NCBI GenBank assembly: GCA_951406725.2
Contig: OX597816.1
Span: 7,812,001 to 7,876,000, forward strand
Origin: Octopus vulgaris
Taxonomy: Eukaryota
Direction of reading: 5' to 3'
DNA length: 64,000 nt
The stretch's first letter is position 1; each line of letters opens with the position of its first letter. A model generated the notes under the pieces. It saw nothing but the letters and a program-made list of their open reading frames with translations, ran no database searches and was not told the origin of the DNA. A program made the translations under genes and the position numbers. Below are positions 40,076 to 53,221 of the stretch, one piece after another.

Positions 40076-42430
40076 CTACAATGCAACCACAATGGAAATT
40101 GGTGACATTAACCAAGACACACATAGAGATCATGCGAGTTTTTGGAACTGGAATGAAAACTAATTTGTGGTGAAGGAAATAAACAACAACAATAACAACA
40201 ACAGACTAAATAAATGTTAACCCTTTAGCATTCAGATTACTCTGTCAAATGTAAAACCTGTTTAATTACATCGTTTTAAATTAATTGTACAGCATCTTGT
40301 AACTCTGGGATTTTGATGATGACCCTGTTTATTTTTAGAATGACTTTGTAGGGTAGGTGTGAGAGGTCAGAGCTGGCTGGTTTGAGCATAAAACAGGAAG
40401 ACAATTTGGGCCTGGTATACTCTTTACTCGTTTCAGTCATTTGGCTGCGGCCATGCTGGAGCACCGCCTTTAGTCAAGCAAATCGACCCCGGGACTTATT
40501 CTTTGTAAGCCCAGTACTTATTCTATCGGTCTCTTTTTGCCGAACCGCTAAGTGACGGGGATGTAAACACACCAGCATCGGTTATCAAGCAATGCTAGGG
40601 GGACAAACACACACACACATATATATATATATACATATATACGACAGGCTTCTTTCAGTTTCCGTCTACCAAATGCACTCACAAGGCATTGGTCGGCCCA
40701 GGGCTATAGCAGAAGACACTTGCCCAAGATGCCACGCAGTGGGACTGAACCTGGAACCATGTGGTTGGTTAGCAAGCTACTTACCACACAGCCACTCCTG
40801 CGCCTATGGCCGGTTTAAACACTAAAGGGTTAAATAACTTTATCTTTCAATATTAGGATGGGAGTCAATAAAGAAATTGCTATATAGCCTCCCAGATTGC
40901 TTAACAGTTAAATTTCTCCAAAGAAACTCTTTACAATATTTTGAAATGGAAAACAGACTTGGAATAAAAACAGGATGACCACAGCAATAATACTGATCAA
41001 TGAAATTTCACCCATAATTAAAGTGATACATCTAGGGGCTGCAGTAAATTATCATTGACAGGTTGTAGCTATATGTTAGGTTGTCGCTCGCATTGTCATG
41101 TAATCCAGCTTCCAGACCCACATGTGTAGCCTAGCCCTTTCAGCACCTGAAAAGGAGTTTCCACTGCCCAGTTCACACTGTCACATGGAATTCTCTGCTC
41201 TTTCTTGTGTCCAGGGTGACGATGAAAGGACCGACGGAGCAACAAGGGACAACTCCTTTCTAGTCCATTTCATATGAGAGAGAGAGGGGTGGACGGAGGG
41301 AGAGAGAGGGAGAGAGAGAGAGAGAGAAAGAGAGAGAGATCAACCTCCAATATTTGATTGGTACTTTAATCATCACTGAAGAAACGAAAAGCAAATTCTG
41401 GCCCCAGTGCCAATTGAATGGGAACAAACACCACAAGACTTAGTATCAGGGGCTCCAACAACTGCCAATCCGATGCCTTAATCTTTTCAGCAAATGGAAT
41501 CATCATCATCATCATCGTTTAGCGTCCGCTTTCCATGCTAGCATGGGTTGGACGGTTCAACTGGGGTCTGTGAAGCCCGAAGGCTGCACCAGGTCAGTCA
41601 GATCTGGCAGTGTTTCTACAGCTGGATGCCCTTCCTAATGCCAGCCACTCCGTGAGTATAGTGGGTGCTATTTATGTGCCACCGACACAGATGCCAGGCG
41701 AGGCTGGCACGGCCACGATCGGATGGTGTTTGTTACGTGCCATCAGCACGGAGGCCAGGCGAGGCTGGCACGGCCACGCTCGGATGGTGTTTTTTACATG
41801 CCACCAGCACGGAGGCCAGTCGATGCGGTACTGGCTGCGACCACATTCGGATGGTTTTCTTATGTGCCACCGGCACTGGAATGGAAATATCTTCTCACAT
41901 TTGAGAGGCTGCTAAGTCTGTCAAGATCGAGGCAAAACTTTTAAAGATACCTAGCAACCGTTTATGCTTTCGAGCAAAGAAAAAAGTTAAAAGTTATCTC
42001 ACACAGAAATAAAACATATTCTAGAACTTAGAACCTACTTCCTAACACCATTTTTTAATCTCTCATCTTTTATTTGTTTCAGTCATTAAACTGTGGCCAT
42101 CCAGTTGAAGAATTTTTGGTCAAACAAATCAACCCTAGTGTTTATTTTTCTCTTTTAAAGCCTGGTACTTATTTTATTGGCCTCTTTTGCTGAGCCTCTA
42201 AGTTATGGGGATGTAAATACACCAATACTGGCTGCCAAGTGGTGATGGAGGGCAAAGACACACACACAATAGGTTTCTTTTAGTTTCCGCCTGCCAAATC
42301 CACTCAAAAGGCTTTGGTCGACCCAAGGCCATAGTAGAAGACACTTGCCCAAGGTGCCACACAGTGGAACTGAACCCAGAACCATGTGGTTGGGAAGCAG
42401 GCTTCTTACCACACAGCCAAGCCTGCACCT

Positions 42431-43015
42431 ACAGTAATCCCTTCCAACCCACCTCCCGTGATCGGTGAAAATCTGCGAAGTAGAAACAATACTGTAAAAA
42501 AAAAAACAAAACTCTTTTAACTCTTTTAATTGTTTCAGTCATTTGACTGCGGCCATGCTGGAGCACCGCCTTTAGTCGAGCAAATCGACCCCGGGACTTA
42601 TTCTTTGTAAGCCCAGTACTTATTCTATCGGTCTCTTTTTGCCGAACCGCTAAGTGACGGGGACGTAAACACACCAGCATCGGTTGTCAAGCAACGCTAG
42701 GGGGACAAACACAGACACACACATACATATATATATACATATATACGACAGGCTTCTTTCAGTTTCCATCTACCAAATCCACTCACAAGGCTTTGGTCGG
42801 CCCAAGGCTATAGCAGAAGACACTTGCCCAAGATGCCACGCAGTGGGACTGAACCCGGAACCATGTGGTTGGTTAGCAAGCTACTTACCACACAGCCACT
42901 CCTGTGCCTATATATCTATTTTATTATAAATGCAAAACGAAGCCACGGAGGAATCTATGTAAGCTTAAATAATAAACTGCAATAAGCGAACCGTGATATG
43001 GTGGGGGGTTACTGT
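42431..43015. mobile_element. Tigger/pogo-like MITE interrupted by a SINE (sister 45200-46005; fragments 1120-1207, 38064-38130)
   Basis: Termini (t)acagtaatccct / ggggttactgt(a), shared internal gtgaaaatctgcgaagtag and gtaagcttaaataataaactg. Confidence 0.6.
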
Positions 43016-43555
43016 ATATGTAATATTAAGATATATTAAGATATACAGATAGCGCACGCACACACAAGGTTATTTGTGTTGATAATACCAAGTTTTATTA
43101 ATCATTAAGTAAAGGTTTTTGTACAGAAAAAACTGAAGACAACACTGTGCAGGCGTGTGTGTGTGTGTAAGAGAAGTAACTAATGTTATCTTGTTTGTCT
43201 TTGCTCTCAAGATGTATTTTCTAAAAATAAAAAAACCAGCAGACATTATCACTTGCCACTCATCGTCATATCGCTTAGCCTAACCCACTCTCGTTTTTTT
43301 TTAAATGCTTCACACACTCTCCTCTTTCTGCCATTGCTGTGAGCTTCAGAGATAAACACCTCATCCTTTCACTCTCATTCATTTTACTTCTCCTCCTACT
43401 GTCACTCACTCCCTATTTGTCCTTCTACTACGTCCATATTACTTCCCCAGCATGACAATGAATAAACACACAAAACTAATTACCATATGCAGATTGATAA
43501 CACTAATGTCCAACCATTGCGGACAATGGACATTAAATGATGATGACATCAGAGC

Positions 43556-43600
<45 letters not shown>

Positions 43601-46121
43601 ATCACTATCGTTTAACATCCACTTTCCATGCTAGCATGGGTTGGACAGTTCAACTGGGGTCTGGGAAGCCAGGAGGCAGCACCAAGCCCAGTCTGATCGG
43701 GTAGTGTTTCTACAGCTGGATGCCCTTCCTAACGCCAACCAGTCCATGAATGTAGTGGGTGCTTTTTACGTGCCACCGGCACGGAGACCAGACGAAGCTG
43801 GCAACGGCCACAGTCGGATGGTGCTTTTTACGTGCCACCGACACGGAAGCCAGTCAGGGCGGCGCTGATATCTATATATATATATAGGCGCAGGAATGGC
43901 TGTGTGGTAAGAAGCTTGCTTCCCAACAACATGGTTCCGGGTTCAATCCCACTGTGTGTCACCTTGGACAAGTGTCTTCTACTATAGACTTGGGCCAATC
44001 AAAGCCTTGCGAGTTGATTTGGCAGATGGAAACTGAAAGAAGCTTGTCATATATGTATTTCTGTGTCTGTATTTGTTCCCCCCACCATCGCTTGACAACT
44101 GATGTTGGTGTCTTTACATACCCATAACTTAGTGGTTCGGCAAAAGACACCAACAAAATAAGTACTCGGCTTACAAAGAATAAGTCCTGGTCAACTAAAA
44201 GGTAGGGCACCAGCATGGCCGCAGTCAAATGACAAATATGTAAAAGAGTAAGGAGTGTATATATATGTATACAGGTGTAGTAGTGGCTGTGTGGTGAGTA
44301 GCTTGCTTACCAACCACATGGATCCAGGTTCAGTCCCACTGCGTGGCACCTTGGGCAAGTGTCTTCTACTATAGCCTCGGGCCGACCAAAGCCTTGTGAG
44401 TGGATTTGGTAGATGGAAACTGAAAGAAGCCTGCTGTATATATGTATATATGTGTGTATATGTTTGTATGTCTGTGCTTGTCCCCCCAACATCGCTTGAC
44501 AACCGGTGCTGGTGTGTTTATGCCCCCGAAACTTAGCGGTTTGGCAAAAGAGACCGATAGAATAAGTTCTGGGGTCGATTTGCTCGACTAAAGGCGGTGC
44601 TCCAGCATGGTCACAGTCAAATGACTGAAACAAGTAAAAGAACAAAAAGAACAAAGATACACATACAGTGGTGCAGATAAACATGATTAAACTTGATATA
44701 TATATATATAAATATACATTTACATATCATCATCATCATCATCATCATTTATGATGATATCTATATATATAGATAGATACAAAAACTAAATATAGTTAGA
44801 AGATAAGCATATAGATATGTATATATATTGACAAATAAATTTATATTTACATAGAGTAGGGAAAAAAAAAAGGAGAATGCATAGTTTTTTAACCCATCAA
44901 CTCTTTTTGGGGCGTCAGAATTACATAACAGTCGTAATGTTCATAATTAGTATGCGTAAAAAGTCATAAATATGCAACCAGTAGATATGGACACAGAGAT
45001 TAGCGTAATACCAGCTTCCTTCGTCAGGAGGGAAAATTGGCAGATAGCATATATATGTACATAGATTTGTATATGTGTGTGTGTGTATGCACACATACAC
45101 TTCCCTGTGTGTGTGTGTAACTAATTCTTTTTGGAACAATAGATCTTTAAGTAATTAAAGCTTTAAATAACAGCATGTAAATTTTGGCTTTTGAAGAATA
45201 CAGTAATCTCTTGACTATCACAAATGTTACATTCCAAAACTCCCCACGATAGGTGAAAATCTGCGAAGTAGAAGCAGTACTATACTTTTTTTTAAATTTT
45301 TGTTTTTTACTTGTTTCAGTCATTTGACTGCGGCCATGCTGGAGCACCGCCTTTAATCGAGCAACTCGATCCCGGGACTTATTCTTTGTAAGCCCAGTAC
45401 TTATTCTATCGGTCTCTTTTTGCTGAACCGCTAAGTGGCGGGGACGTAAACACACCAGCATCGGTTGTCAAGCAATGCTAGGGGGACAAAAACACACACA
45501 CACATACATATATCATCATCATCATCATCATCGTTTAACGTCCGTTCTCCATGCTAGCATGGGTTGGACGGTTCGACCGGGGATCTGGGAAGCCAGAAGG
45601 CTGCACCAGGCTCCAGTCTTATCTGGCAATGTTTCTACAGCTGGATGCCCTTCCTAACGCCAACCACTCCGTGAGTGTAGTGGGTGCTTTTTACGTGCCA
45701 CGTATATACATATATACGACGGGCTTCTTTCAGTTTCCGTCTACCAAATCCACTCACAAGGCTTTGGTTGGCCCGAGGCTATAGTAGAAGACACTTGCCC
45801 AAGGTGCCACGCAGTGGGACTGAACCCGGAACCATGTGGTTGGTAAACAAGCTACTTACCACACAGCCACTCCTGTGCCTGTATATTTTTTTTTTATTAT
45901 CTTTATAATTTGTATATATTCATTCTATTATAAGTGCAAAATGACACCATGGAGGAATCGATGTAAGCTTAAGTAATAAACTGCAATATGGTGAGGGATC
46001 ACTGTACATACTAACAGCAAACAAGAGACAGTCGCTTAATACAGAACAGGTTTTATATAAAACTAATCCGAATGCAAATAACAACATTATATAATTACAG
46101 GAGAAAGAGAATGTTACTTAC

Positions 46122-46228
46122 TCTTCATCTTCGTCTTCATGTCCAATATCCATAGACTCGTTCTCTTCGTCTTCATCATAATTATAATTTGGATCGTAAC
46201 AGATGTACTTCAAACAAATTGGTGTAAT
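46122..46228 (-). CDS. CAND1: CAND1 exon 9/28
   Basis: ITPICLKYICYDPNYNYDEDEENESMDIGHEDEDE(E); tag / gtaag. Confidence 0.95.
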
Positions 46229-46249
46229 CTAAACAAAGACAATATAACA

Positions 46250-46285
<36 letters not shown>

Positions 46286-46971
46286 TCATCATCATTTAAC
46301 GTCCGCTTTCCATGCTAGCATGGGTTGGATGATTTTGACTGAGGACTGGCAAAACCAGATGGCTGCACCAGGCTCTAATCTTGATCTGGCAGAGTTTCTA
46401 CAGCTGGATGCCCTTCCTAACGCCAACCACTCCGAGAGTGTAGTGGGTGCTTTTACGTGCCACCGGCACGACGGCCAATCAGGCGGTAATGGCAACGGCC
46501 ACGCTCAAATGGTGCTTTTTATGTGCCACCTGTCTCGTGAGTTACTTGGTGTCCCTGCCATGTAAAAAGCTTCCAGTATACACTGTAAAGTGGTTGGTAT
46601 TTGGAAGGGCATCCAGCTGTAAAAACCTTGCCAAAACTAACCTCACCTGTGCATGAGCCCACTCTGCAGAGTGGTTGGTGTTAGGAAGGACATCCAGCCA
46701 TAAAAACCCTGCCAAAACAGACAGAGAAGCCTAGGGTAGGTTTTCTACCTGGCTGGCTTCCATCAACTGTCCTACCCATGCATGCATGGAGGACAGATGT
46801 TAAACGATGATGATAATGATGACTCTTCTCTGAGAGCTAAATTACCTTGCTGATGCAATTTACATTATGCTAACTATGTTGGAGGAATTCAACATTTTCA
46901 ATTTGGAAGTATATTTTTTTTAAAATTCTTTTTCTTGATACACCTCTACAAAAGTTCAGACACATTAACTG

Positions 46972-47112
46972 CAGTTCTATATTTAAGAGATGAGGAATTA
47001 TGTACATTATTTAACCACTATGCCATATGCTCGTGGGTATATGGCGTAGTGGTTAAGAGCGCGGGCTACTAACCCCAAGATTCCGAGTTCGATTCTAAGC
47101 AGTGACCTGAAC

Positions 47113-47146
<34 letters not shown>

Positions 47147-47308
47147 TTATAATAATAATAACATCGAAAAATACCTTAGAAATGAGAACCCAGGTTCGAA
47201 ATTTCTCCAAGACACCTGATGAAGGCTGGGAGAGCATATCAGCCAAAATGTTGCGTTAACAACAAACAAGATGAGGACAAATATCCGACAAATGTAAATA
47301 ATGTACAT
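46972..47308 (+). mobile_element. tRNA-headed SINE-like element with (AAT)n spacer and hammerhead-like 3' module
   Basis: A box tggcgtagtgg 47042, B box gagttcgattc 47085, CTGATGA-stem-AAAATGTT at 47216-47252; sister copy at 263-547 (-). Confidence 0.7.
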
Positions 47309-48209
47309 TAATTGCAGTTTACATAATTCAAATTCAAAATCAAAAAGCACTTGTGCCAGCATCATGTAAGTAGCAGCTGTACCAGTACCATGTCAAAGGC
47401 ACCCATGCCAGCATTATGTAAGGTGCGTCTTTGCTGGTGCCAGGTAATAGACAACCCCATGCCAGTGTCACATGAAAAAATAAACACTAGTGTTGACACC
47501 ACATAAAGATCACCTGTACCAGTACCATGTAAAAGACACCTGTACTGGTGTCACATAAAAAGAACCTGAACAGTGCCGTGTAAAACGTACCCATGTTGGC
47601 GTCACATACAAAGTACCAATGCAGGTGTCACATAAAAAGCACCCAGTACACTCTGTAAAGTGGTTGGCATCAGGAAGGGCATTCAGCCACAGAAACCATG
47701 CCAAAACAGACAACTGGGGTAGCCTGGTGCAGCTCTCCAGCTCCTATCAAACTGTCCAATCCATGCCAGCATGGAAAAGAGACATATGATGAAGACAAGT
47801 GAAGAAAACTTAACAAAATAATGAAATTCATCATCATCATCGTTCCACGTCCGCTTTCCATGCTGGCATGGGTTGGACAGTTTGACCGGGATCTGGGAAG
47901 CCAGGAGGCTGCACCAGGCTCCAGTCTTGATTTGGCAGTGTTTCTACAGCTGGATGTCCTTCCTAACACCAACCACTCTGAGAGTGTAGTGGGTGCTTTT
48001 TACGTGCCACCGGCACAGGGGCCAGGCAAGGCTGGCAAACAGTCACGATCGGTTGGTGCTTTTTACGTGCCACCGGCATGGAAGCCAGTCAAAGCAGCGC
48101 TGGCATCGGCCACGTACAGATGGTGCTTTTTTTAAGTGCCACCAGGACAGGTGCCAGGGGAGGCTGGAGAAAAGAAAACATAAGTAACATTCGGATGACA
48201 AATACTTAC

Positions 48210-48372
48210 TTGATCCACAAAAGGAGTGATTTCTTTGGGGCAGCGGCGTACAAAAGATTCAAAAGCTTGTAAGCAATATTCCCGTAATTCATCATCTTCT
48301 TCTCGACAGAAGCCAACAACCAAAGGAACCATTTTATCAAGGTATTCACCAAATCTGTGGCCAGACTGGCGG
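48210..48372 (-). CDS. CAND1: CAND1 exon 8/28
   Basis: [54 protein letters not shown]; tag / gtaagt. Confidence 0.96.
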
Positions 48373-49648
48373 CTACGTACAACAAATAAATCGATGGTAG
48401 ACTTTTAATTTCAAAAACAAACAGACATTCTTTAATTCATTCAATATCATTGAGAACATTGCAATAAAGGTAATTAAATAAAAGGCGTAGGAGTGGCCGT
48501 GTGGTAAGTAGCTTGCTTACGAACCACATGGTTCCGGATTCAGTCCTACTGCGTGGCACCTTGGGCAAGTGTCTTCTTTTATAGCTTCAGGCCAACCAAA
48601 ACCTTGTGAGTGGATTTTGGTAGACGGAAACTGAAAGAAGCCTGTCGTATATATGTGTATATATGTTTGTGTCTGTGCTTGCCCCCCCCCCACATTGTGT
48701 TTACGTCTCCGTAACTTAGCGGTTTGACTAAAGAGACTGATAGAATAAGTACTAGGCTTACAAAGAATGAGTCCTGGGGTCGATTTGCTCGACTAAAGGT
48801 GGTGATCCAGCATGGCCACAGTCACATGACTGAAACGAGTAACAGAGAGTATGTAAAAATCTGAGTTGAATTTTTGTTCTAGCTCTGAGGAGTAGAGGTG
48901 ATGCAGTGCAGCAGAAAGGCACAACGATGTTTTGATTGACTTCATGCTTTCCAGCCATATTTTTGTAGTGAAGTCTAGGATATCTGTATAGGTGGCTACA
49001 ACACTATCACAGGCAATTAGGGGTCAAACTTGGGTTTTGTAAAGAATTTGTAATTGTTGGAGTCAGAAGTATTCTCTGGTCTCTAAGAGTATCATCATGT
49101 ATTGACTATAGAAAATAGTTAAATATTAGGGCATAAAAAGCAGTCATAATGGGGGTAAAAAATGGGTATCAGAACACATGAGAATCAAAAATAAGAATTC
49201 CGATGCATTGCTAATGCCCATTTTTTCCTTTATGGGGGCTTATATGCCCTGATATTAGACTATTTTGTACAGTCTATATACAGTGAAGGGTCATAATTCT
49301 ATTTACAATATTGAAATAATTTAACCCTGTTGTGCCATGTTCCCGTTTTAGGGAATAGTTTGAAGGTCATCTCTGCTGGATTCCCAGTAAAGGGGTAATG
49401 AACAACACACATACAAAAAGAAGGTGCAACCGATTCTGTCCATTTGTTTGCCTGTAATTATTACTCTGTATATGCGTCTATTTTATTTTTGCTCAGGGGC
49501 CCAGGTGGAGGGTAAAGTTAGAGACAGGGGTTCGGGTTTGAGAGGGTTAAGTAGGAAACAGGATACGATTTTGTATTGTGAATACTATACGAGAAAAACA
49601 AACTGACCAATTAAATATGTATTTCAATAACAATACAAGTTTTATTAC

Positions 49649-49775
49649 CTGATGGCACCAACAGCCTGTATGTAGGTACGTGTAGTAGAGGTAGAACCAT
49701 TTCTCTCTAGCTCAGTTAACAAGAAGTTAATTAACTCCTGATACAATTCATTATTGCAGCTCATTACAAGATAGC
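49649..49775 (-). CDS. CAND1: CAND1 exon 7/28
   Basis: YLVMSCNNELYQELINFLLTELERNGSTSTTRTYIQAVGAI(S); tag / gtaat. Confidence 0.94.
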
Positions 49776-49966
49776 CTAATGAAAAAAAATAAATAAATAA
49801 AACAATAGAAAACAATAAGAAAAAAAAAACTGTTTTTAGGAAATGATTAAAAGAAACACTTTTTTATGAACTTCAAATTCAAAGCATTTCAAAATATGAA
49901 AATTATACACAAATAACAAAAAGTAGTGTGTGTGTGATGAAATTAGTGACAAAATGTTATATTCAC

Positions 49967-50065
49967 CAATAGCAACAATAGCTCTCTTTCGTACAGCAAG
50001 ACGTGAACTTGATAATTGGGGAAGTAGTGACTGAAGAATGGTGGAATGGAAGTTGATTAGTAAAC
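49967..50065 (-). CDS. CAND1: CAND1 exon 6/28
   Basis: LLINFHSTILQSLLPQLSSSRLAVRKRAIVAI(G); cag / gtgaat. Confidence 0.95.
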
Positions 50066-50178
50066 CTGAAAATATAATAAAATAATAATTTATTTTAATT
50101 ACATTAAAACTATTATTGCTTCGTCTTCTAGTATCACCATCCTTTAGTGAAAACATTTGCACATATCTATGCAAACTA

Positions 50179-50937
50179 TTGGGTTAGTGCATAATTATTG
50201 CAGCTTTTTTTCCAACACATTTTATTCAACAAAAACAATAACAATATTTAACAAAAACTTGCAAAGACTTGTCGAGGCAAATGAAATCGAAATCAAATTC
50301 GATGACTGGCAGCCGTGCTAGTGGAGCGCTAAGAGTACCATACGAGTGAGGTCGTTGCCAGAGCAACAAGCTGGCCTCCATGCCGATGGCATGTTAAAAA
50401 CACCATTCGAGTGTGATCGTTACCTGCGTCGCCTTACTAGCACTTGTGCTGGTGGCACAGGAAAAAAACATTCGAGTGAGGTCGTTGCCAGTGCCGCTGG
50501 ACTAGCTCCTGTGCAGGTGGCACATAAAATAAACCATTTGAACAAGGCTATTGCCAGTACCATCTGACTGGCCCTCGTACCGGTGGCACATAAAAGCACC
50601 CACTACCCTCTCGGAGTGGTTGGCATTAGGAAGGGCATCCAGCTGTAGAAACTCTGCCAGATCAGATTGGAGTTTGGTGCAGCCATCTGGTTCGCCAGAC
50701 CTCAGTCAAATCGTCCAACCCATGCTATCATGGAAAGCGGACGTTAAACGATGATGATGATGATGATCTTTAAATGACAGTCTGACCGTCTGCCAAGCAA
50801 ATGGGAAGCAGTAATTGAGGTAGATGGTGAATAGGCTCCGGAATAATCATTTAAAGATGTTTTTGTTACATGTTGTTATTGTTTCTGTTGAAAAAAATTT
50901 GTTGAAAAAAAGCCGCAATAATTATGCACCAACCCAA
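50179..50937 (+). mobile_element. Non-autonomous mariner with a nested LINE-tail insertion (50265-50766)
   Basis: TIRs ttgggttagtgcataattattgc / gcaataattatgcaccaacccaa, TA flanks, remnant LPSKWEAVIEVDGE. Confidence 0.8.
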
Positions 50938-51800
50938 TATTTGGATAATATTTTTATCGTTAAATGAAGAAATTACAATTTATTTGAATATTCAAATGTA
51001 TCCTGATTATTCTCTACAATAAAATTTTTGTTCTTTGAATCAACTTAAAAGTAAAAAGAAATTTATTTTGGAAATATATCTCAAAAGTCAAACCTAAGGC
51101 AATTTTGTTTTATTCCAGATGTCAAATATATTCTCTTCTATTAACTAAAAATAACAAATACGTGACAAATGGCCACACCTTTTGACAACTGCAGATAAGA
51201 AAAACAAGATTTATCAGTTTGGGGGCTGAGATGAGTAATTAAAAAAAAGAGTTAAGCCAGAGCAAAAATGAAATTGTTTTTCTACAATTTGAAAAATGCA
51301 TACATTTTCAAAACCATTTGTCAATAATATCTAGAGAGGCAACCTCAATGAAGAGTACAATGGTAATGATGTTGAGTAGCAGACAAAATGCCTAGTAGTG
51401 TATAGTTAAGAGTCTTGTAGGGTGTGTGTTCAAATCCTACCAAGGCTGGTAAGTACCAGTTGGCAAGAACTGAAAGTTGGTTAAACTGATTACATTACTG
51501 AAATACTGACCAGGCAGTATCAGGCTGGTTAGTATCACAATGGTTAAATATACATATGAAACCAATCATTTAAAGAAGACGGAAATTGAGGATTTGTAAT
51601 ATTTCTGCCATTTCAGGTGTTAATGCTTCAGTGAGCTATTGTCAACTGGATTTCCACCTGGCTAGTAGGAATAAAGAACTGCTTGTATAGAAGTTGTTTT
51701 TCTCATCCTATTTCTGAAGAAAAACATCTATACCTGAAAACGATTTCTTACTTTTGAGCCAAATTTAGATCTTTGCATAGAAAGACAAATCATATATTAC

Positions 51801-51864
51801 CTCCAAATCTACTGAGAAGATCTCCCAAAATGTCTAAAGCTTCAAGCTGGACAGAGACATCTTC
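51801..51864 (-). CDS. CAND1: CAND1 exon 5/28
   Basis: EDVSVQLEALDILGDLLSRFG(G); cag / gtaat. Confidence 0.93.
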
Positions 51865-53120
51865 CTGCAACACACAGAATCAAGTAACAAGATTACAACA
51901 ACAGAATAATACATTTAGATTATGATACATTTATAATATATTAAATTTCCTTTTTCTGTGCAGTTGTGTTTTCTTGAAAACTTTTCTTCAATATACATTA
52001 CATACATGAAAATTAGTGAACATCCACTTGTGAACTTTCCCATGCTTAAATGGCTCACACAGAATCTGTTGAGGCAAGTTTGCTATAAGCAGGTACTTTT
52101 CCTGTTACCAAACCTCACCTGTTTCAAAGCAAGGTAATATTTCCCCATGGCTGGACATGTTTTTTTTTTTTGAATGGAAGGCTGGAAATAAACAATGTTG
52201 CTTGTATGATGGAGGAGCCTGTTTGACAAATATAATTTACCTTTCCCTGTGCAAATGCTGTTATATAATTTGTTAATATTAATTAAATGTGATTTCACTC
52301 CTGTTAAAAGTTCTTTATAATTAACCTCCCACAACGCCCAGTCTTTACAGTGATTTACAATTATTGTTATAAAGGGTTTTGTTGGGTATTATCCATGAAA
52401 AGAGGGCTTATTATAAGCAATGCATCCTAAGTCATGATACCTCATCTCCCAGTATATAACAACAGAATGTTGCTATACACAGGTCAACAATGTATGCTGT
52501 TTATATCAGTCGGACTGGTGTCCTCATCTTGATTGCTGCTTTCACTACATTTCGGCTGAAGTATGCTCCAGCCTTCTTTAGGTATCATGTGTTGAACTTG
52601 GTTGTTGTATTGGAATTTCAAATCTAATCCTTTCACGAAATGCAGAGAGCAGAATGAGAACAGCGCAACCCTGTGGATCTAAAAAAGTGCTAGGTTTGAA
52701 ATTCCAATACAATAAAAGAGTTCAAGACAAGACACTTCAAGAAGGTTGGAGCATACAACAGCTGAAATGTAGCAGTGGAGATGAGGACATCAATCAAACC
52801 AAAGTAAACAGTATATACATAATACAAATTCTTCACCTCACAAATACAGAATTGTATAATCAAATGGAAATTGTAGTTAAGGCGCCGGTGACACGTAAAA
52901 AACACCGTCCGAATGTGGCAGATGCCAGCACTGCCTGACTGGCGTCCGTGTCAGTGTTTACTTCCGGTTTATCTTTTTTGTTAGGGAGGAAATAATGGAG
53001 TTTCTATTTAGCTTGGAGTTGTGTACAATGATGAATAAAATAGAAAAAGGAAAAAATTAACAGGTCCTCTAAAAATAAAGCAACAGAGCAATGCAGCAGA
53101 AAGGAAAATAGAGTACTTAC

Positions 53121-53221
53121 TTTAGAAATGGCACTGGTTAATCGACCTGTAATTTTTTTACAGATACTACCAGCGAGGGAAGTAGAGGATGGAGGCAGTT
53201 CACTAATTACAATTTTCAGTC
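53121..53221 (-). CDS. CAND1: CAND1 exon 4/28
   Basis: LKIVISELPPSSTSLAGSICKKITGRLTSAISK; cag / gtaagt. Confidence 0.95.

Noticed and set aside
44985-45035. Minus-strand CTGACGA hammerhead-like start
   Set aside because: No GAAA core or stem I/III partner is recognisable; at most a decayed relic.
49062-49099. Box C (atgatga) / box D (ctga) pair on the CAND1-sense strand
   Set aside because: Only ~38 nt with no terminal stem or recognisable guide; too short for a snoRNA. No convincing intronic snoRNA was found by eye.
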